DNA of 64,000 bases from Deferrisomatales bacterium (GTDB taxonomy: Bacteria; Desulfobacterota; Deferrisomatia; Deferrisomatales; JACRMM01): positions 4,783-68,782 of the forward strand of contig JAWSUI010000002.1 in the NCBI GenBank assembly GCA_033551855.1. Reading direction: 5' to 3'. Below, one piece after another: positions 60,444-64,000 of the stretch. Below the pieces are notes generated by a model, which did not search any database, was not told the DNA's origin, and saw only the letters and a program-made list of their open reading frames with translations. Every line of letters begins with the position of its first letter. The first letter of the stretch is position 1. Position numbers and translations under genes: made by a program.

Positions 60444-61520
60444 ATGCGGGTACTGGCGATGGTCGGAGTGTTGTTCGTGTCTTCACTTTCGGCCCGCGCC
60501 GAAGAAGGGGGCGCCTGGGTGAGCCACCTGCTGTCCCTGCCGGTCCCGGCGGCCGTGACCCTGTGCGGTGAACCCGTGCCGTTGGACCGGGAAGACGTGC
60601 TCGAGCGCTTGGACCTGGAGCTCGTCGTCACCCTCGGCAGCCCGGTGACCACCTCCCTGTGGTTCAAACGCAGCCCCCGGTTCTTTCCCATGATCGAGCG
60701 AGCTCTTCGCGACCGGGGGCTTCCGGGGGATCTCAAGTACGTCGCCCTCGTCGAGAGCAACCTTCGATCCGACGCCGTGAGCTCCGCAGGCGCCACGGGG
60801 CCGTGGCAGTTCATGCCCGGGACCGGCTCCTCGTACGGCCTGGATCGGTCCCCGTGGCGGGACCAGCGGCGGGACTGGGATGAGGCCACCCGCGCGGCCC
60901 TGGACCACCTGGCGGAGTTGCGGGAATACTTCGGCTCCTGGCCGGCGGCCCTGGCTGCGTACAACGCGGGAAAATCTCGGGTCGCCCGGGCCATGGAGGC
61001 CCAAGGCCAGACCGACTACTTCGGGCTCCGGCTCCCGCGGGAGACCGAGCGTTACGTCTTCCGGGTGATCGCGGCGAAACTGGTCTTCGAAGACCCGGCA
61101 GCGTATGGAATTCGCTTGGACGGGGCCCGCCGGTACGCGCCGGAGGAGCTTGTCGAGGTCATTCTGGAGGTGCAGCGAAGGGCCATGCCGGTGGCGGCGG
61201 TTGCCGAGGCCGCAGGGGTGTCGTACCGGCGGTTCCTCGAGCTCAACCCCTCCCTTCTGAGCAGGGAGCTGCCCAGGGGAGACCACCGGATCCAAGTTCC
61301 CCTGGCGGCCGAGGCACGCTTTGACCTGTCCCTGGCGCGATGGGAGCGCGAAAACCCGGAAGCCAGGACCGTCTATTACGAGGTCCGCGCCGGCGACACC
61401 CTGTCGGCCATCGCCCGGCAACACCGCGTGCCCCTCGCCGACCTGCTGAGTTGGAACGACCTCACCCCTCGTAGTATCATCCGGCCGGGCCAGGCCCTCG
61501 CGGTGCACACCGTCGACTGA
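60444..61520 (+). CDS. Lytic murein transglycosylase (SLT domain) with C-terminal LysM (MltD-like)
   Basis: Signal peptide MRVLAMVGVLFVSSLSARA. SLT motifs ALVESNLRS, GPWQFMPGT and AAYNAG. LysM YYEVRAGDTLSAIARQHRVPLADLLSWN. Confidence 0.85.
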   Translation: MRVLAMVGVLFVSSLSARAEEGGAWVSHLLSLPVPAAVTLCGEPVPLDREDVLERLDLELVVTLGSPVTTSLWFKRSPRFFPMIERALRDRGLPGDLKYVALVESNLRSDAVSSAGATGPWQFMPGTGSSYGLDRSPWRDQRRDWDEATRAALDHLAELREYFGSWPAALAAYNAGKSRVARAMEAQGQTDYFGLRLPRETERYVFRVIAAKLVFEDPAAYGIRLDGARRYAPEELVEVILEVQRRAMPVAAVAEAAGVSYRRFLELNPSLLSRELPRGDHRIQVPLAAEARFDLSLARWERENPEARTVYYEVRAGDTLSAIARQHRVPLADLLSWNDLTPRSIIRPGQALAVHTVD

Positions 61521-61533
61521 GCGCCGGACCGCC

Positions 61534-62085
61534 TCACGCGGTCCCGAAGGCCCCGCTGAGCATCCCCGGCTCGATCCCCAGGGCGCGGACCGCCCGTTCC
61601 CAGCGGTGCTCGGCGGGGACGCGAAAGAGGATTTCCGGGGTGGCGGGGACCACGAGCCAGTCGTTGCGACCGAGCTCCTGCTCCATCTGGTCGGGGGCCC
61701 ATCCGGCGTACCCCAGACAGAAGAGGAACCTCTCCGGCCCGCGGCTCGCGGCGATATCGCGAAGGATCTCCAGGGACGTGCCCAGGTGAACGCCGGGCAG
61801 GGCGGAAAGGGAACCCTCGTATTCCCTTCCCTCGTACAACACGAAACCCATCTCGGGCTGCACCGGCCCCCCGAAGTGGACCGGCTCGCCGCTGTCTCCC
61901 CGCCCCTCGATGTCCTGTCCGTCGTAGATGTCGCCGAGCGTGAACGGCGTGGGCCGGTTGACCACCAGACCGAGGGCCCCGTCCTCTCCGTGCTCACACA
62001 AGAGCACCACGGTCTGCTCGAAATTGGGGTCCTTCAGCTGGGGCATGGCCACCAGGAAGTGACCCTTCAGGAACGTCCGTTCGAT
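61534..62085 (-). CDS. YqgE/AlgH-family protein (UPF0301)
   Basis: LKGHFLVAMPQLKDPNFEQTVVLLCEHGEDGALGLVVNRP matches the family N-terminus. There is no ATG/GTG/TTG upstream of this conserved block before the neighbouring gene, so the start is uncertain (ATC 62085, CTG 62070, or GTG 62052/ATG 62046 with truncation). Confidence 0.7.
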   Translation of the reverse strand: MERTFLKGHFLVAMPQLKDPNFEQTVVLLCEHGEDGALGLVVNRPTPFTLGDIYDGQDIEGRGDSGEPVHFGGPVQPEMGFVLYEGREYEGSLSALPGVHLGTSLEILRDIAASRGPERFLFCLGYAGWAPDQMEQELGRNDWLVVPATPEILFRVPAEHRWERAVRALGIEPGMLSGAFGTA

Positions 62086-62113
62086 GGGACACCTCGTGGG
62101 GGCAGGAGTGGCG

Positions 62114-62332
62114 TCAGTCGGCGCCCTTCTCGAAGGGCAGGCAGAACAGGCATGGGGTGTACCCCGCGCGGTAGGCCTCCTCCCGGGTCGCGAAGGGAAC
62201 GGCATTGCCGGCCCACTCGACGGCGTGGAGGGTACAGCTGAGCTGCTCGTTGCGCAGGTCGTGCACGTGCTTCTTCCGATGGGGGTTGGCGTCTCCCACG
62301 TATCGGGTAGCATACTGGTTCCAGTGGTACAC
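62114..62332 (-). CDS. Small protein with Ada-like metal-binding C-terminal motif (hypothetical)
   Basis: GTG at 62332-62330 is preceded by AAGGAGGA with a 3-nt spacer. 72 aa ending in FATREEAYRAGYTPCLFCLP, which resembles the AGYxPCxxC of the Ada Zn-binding domain. Confidence 0.5.
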   Translation of the reverse strand: MYHWNQYATRYVGDANPHRKKHVHDLRNEQLSCTLHAVEWAGNAVPFATREEAYRAGYTPCLFCLPFEKGAD

Positions 62333-62463
62333 GGCTCCTCCTTGTGAGCGCCGCCTGAGGCGGCAAGCGGGGCGGTGCTGGTGCAACGCTAGCAGCAGGT
62401 CGTCGGGGCGGTCAAGGATGCACCCGCCGCACGCAGGGGGCGGCGCAGGGAGGAGGCGGAGGG

Positions 62464-63198
62464 ATGGCAACATATCTGGGCGTCATCGTGCTCCTGGTGG
62501 CAGCGGTCTCGGCCTCGGCGCAAGAATACCGGATCGACCGCCCCGGTGAGCCGACCTCGTCCCCGGTGCACCTGACCCAGCCCATTGAGGGGAGGGTGGA
62601 GGTACAGAACCTTCCCCAGGTCCAGGATGTTCGGGTGCTGGGGGGGCTCGAGGGGCCGGTGGAGGTGCGGGGTGAACTGGAGCTCCGCCCCGGGGAGGGT
62701 CTCGCCGTGGAGGTCCTGAATTTTCCCGAGGCTCCGACCCGCCTCGAGGTGGAGGGCACGGTCAGGGTGGACGACGAACGCCCGGTCCAGGTGTGGGTGG
62801 TGAACCCCACCGGACCGGTGACGGGGCCGCCGAACCGGACCTTTGCGTCCTTCGGCTTCGAGGGCGCGTTCGGCGCAAAGGAAACCCGCGTGCAGCGGAC
62901 GCTCCACCCCCCGGAGGGACGGATCTTTCACCTAACCGATCTGGTGCTCGATGCCCGCGCGGACGCGGTGCTCCGGGTCCGCCTGCTCGCCTCCGGCGCA
63001 GCCCTGGCGGGGGTCCTTGTGGCGCAGGGGATGGAGCCCGTTGCCCTGGCCGTGCTGGACTCCCGGCACGGCACCACCCTCCGGCTGGGCACCCCCGTCC
63101 CCCTGGGCGGCGGGTTCTCCCTCGAGGTGGAGGCACTCGGTCCCGGTCAGGGGGCGCCGTTTCGTCTGGCGGCGAGCGGGTACCTGTCGGACCGGTGA
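62464..63198 (+). CDS. Hypothetical secreted protein (beta-rich), family not recognised
   Basis: Signal peptide MATYLGVIVLLVAAVSASAQE. 244 aa with plausible composition. No recognisable domain. Confidence 0.55.
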   Translation: MATYLGVIVLLVAAVSASAQEYRIDRPGEPTSSPVHLTQPIEGRVEVQNLPQVQDVRVLGGLEGPVEVRGELELRPGEGLAVEVLNFPEAPTRLEVEGTVRVDDERPVQVWVVNPTGPVTGPPNRTFASFGFEGAFGAKETRVQRTLHPPEGRIFHLTDLVLDARADAVLRVRLLASGAALAGVLVAQGMEPVALAVLDSRHGTTLRLGTPVPLGGGFSLEVEALGPGQGAPFRLAASGYLSDR

Positions 63199-63282
63199 GA
63201 GCCCGTGGAGGGAGGCGTCGCGAACGGTCCGGAGGGAAAGGCGCGCCGGAGCGAGCGACGAGCCGGATCAGCCTCCCGTGCA

Positions 63283-63338
63283 GCCCGGCATCGTCTGCCG
63301 GAGCGGGCGGGCCCACCCGGTCGTTTACCGGAAGAACC
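63283..63338 (-). repeat. Solitary copy of the 5' module of the 27.6-28.5 kb repeat (inverted orientation)
   Basis: The reverse complement GGTTCTTCCGGTAAACGACCGGGTGGGCCCGCCCGCTCCGGCAGACGATGCCGGGC matches 28275-28330 at 54 of 56 positions. Confidence 0.9.
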
Positions 63339-63364
63339 GGAAAGAAGGGGCGGGACGGGGCACC

Positions 63365-64000
63365 TCAATGGGGCCGGAAGGGCCCCTCCTGGTGGAGCAG
63401 GCCGTGCTGGTCCAGCACGGCCTGGGCGGCCAGGAGGTCGGGCAGGCACAGGGCGTGGACCCCCGTGAGCGCCCCCTCCCGCAGCACCGGGAAGACACGG
63501 CCCGCCTGCTCCGTGGCGAGGCGCTCGAGGGCCTGGGCCGCCGCCGCGGAGGAGAGGTTCCCAGGCGGGGTCAGCGAGGCCTCCAGGATCTCTCCCGGTT
63601 CGGCCGGGAGGCCGGGCCGGTTCACGCCCAGGACTTCCAGGTAGGGGGCGGTGGCGTTGAGGATCGCGCTCCACCCTGCCGGGGGGCGGAGCCCCCCGAT
63701 CAGACGAAGGAACCGCTGCTGTACCTCGAGGCTGTGCCGTCGGGCCGCGGTGTCGAAGGGGTCTTCCGGGTCGGCGGGGTTCCAGAAGGGGCGCAAGAGG
63801 AGCACGGGCGGTGCAGGCACCCAGTAGCCCTGCAGGTACGACCGAAAGGGCGCGCTTCCCCATCCCTCCGCCGTGTGCGCCGGGTGCTGTTCCAGGCCCG
63901 CCATCAGGAACTCGAGGGTGTCCGGGTTCCAGAAGAGCTGCCGCACCGGGTGGGAGGGTTGCTTCGGGGCCCAGGAGGGCGGGAACACCGAGCTCGCCTC
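63365..64000 (-). CDS. Hypothetical protein; the reading frame is open to the right window edge
   Basis: A candidate GTG lies at 63988, but the frame stays open to 64000. No family recognised. Confidence 0.45.
   Translation of the reverse strand, partial: EASSVFPPSWAPKQPSHPVRQLFWNPDTLEFLMAGLEQHPAHTAEGWGSAPFRSYLQGYWVPAPPVLLLRPFWNPADPEDPFDTAARRHSLEVQQRFLRLIGGLRPPAGWSAILNATAPYLEVLGVNRPGLPAEPGEILEASLTPPGNLSSAAAAQALERLATEQAGRVFPVLREGALTGVHALCLPDLLAAQAVLDQHGLLHQEGPFRPH

Overview
High-GC (about 70% by eye) bacterial chromosomal window. It is almost entirely coding and is organised in long co-directional operons. Nineteen gene junctions are 4-nt start/stop overlaps (ATGA/GTGA/TTGA). I can support about 60 protein genes, one tRNA-Arg(CCG), a few promoter, operator and terminator-like sites, and one repeat family. 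Most content is housekeeping: an EF-G paralogue, birA-coaX, panCD, tilS-ftsH-folP-cdaA-cdaR-glmM-pdxJ-acpS-nnr, tsaE-lpdA-lysC, cimA, rplU-rpmA-obg-proBA-nadD-rsfS-gpsA-tmk-holB-PSP1-metG-tatD, greA and purC. A PxxKW Cys-rich protein, a Geobacter-type citramalate synthase and a TatD-linked radical SAM suggest a deltaproteobacteria/Desulfuromonadota-like organism (inference only). The accessory-looking stretch is 26.8-34.8 kb: HNH endonuclease, dynamin-like GTPase, TIGR01212 radical SAM, VapBC, a lipoprotein serpin and tRNA-Arg. The most unusual signal is the 1,049-bp non-coding gap between the divergent HNH and dynamin-like genes. It is filled by four tandem copies of a ~210-bp unit: two perfect 212-bp copies, then two progressively diverged ones. 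A conserved 5' module of this unit recurs in inverted orientation at 63.3 kb (54/56 identical), and a related short motif recurs at 59.8 kb. I cannot assign this array to any known RNA or DNA element class, so I treat it as a candidate structured ncRNA array or regulatory DNA array that needs experimental and comparative testing. Other points worth a second look are an asmA gene broken by a C9 homopolymer frameshift, a TatD-radical SAM fusion ORF, an acyltransferase/FAAL/inositol-phosphate synthase/CDP-alcohol transferase cluster, a divergent UvrA paralogue, and a 600-bp birA|panC intergenic region. I found no CRISPR array, transposase, integrase, reverse transcriptase or rRNA.
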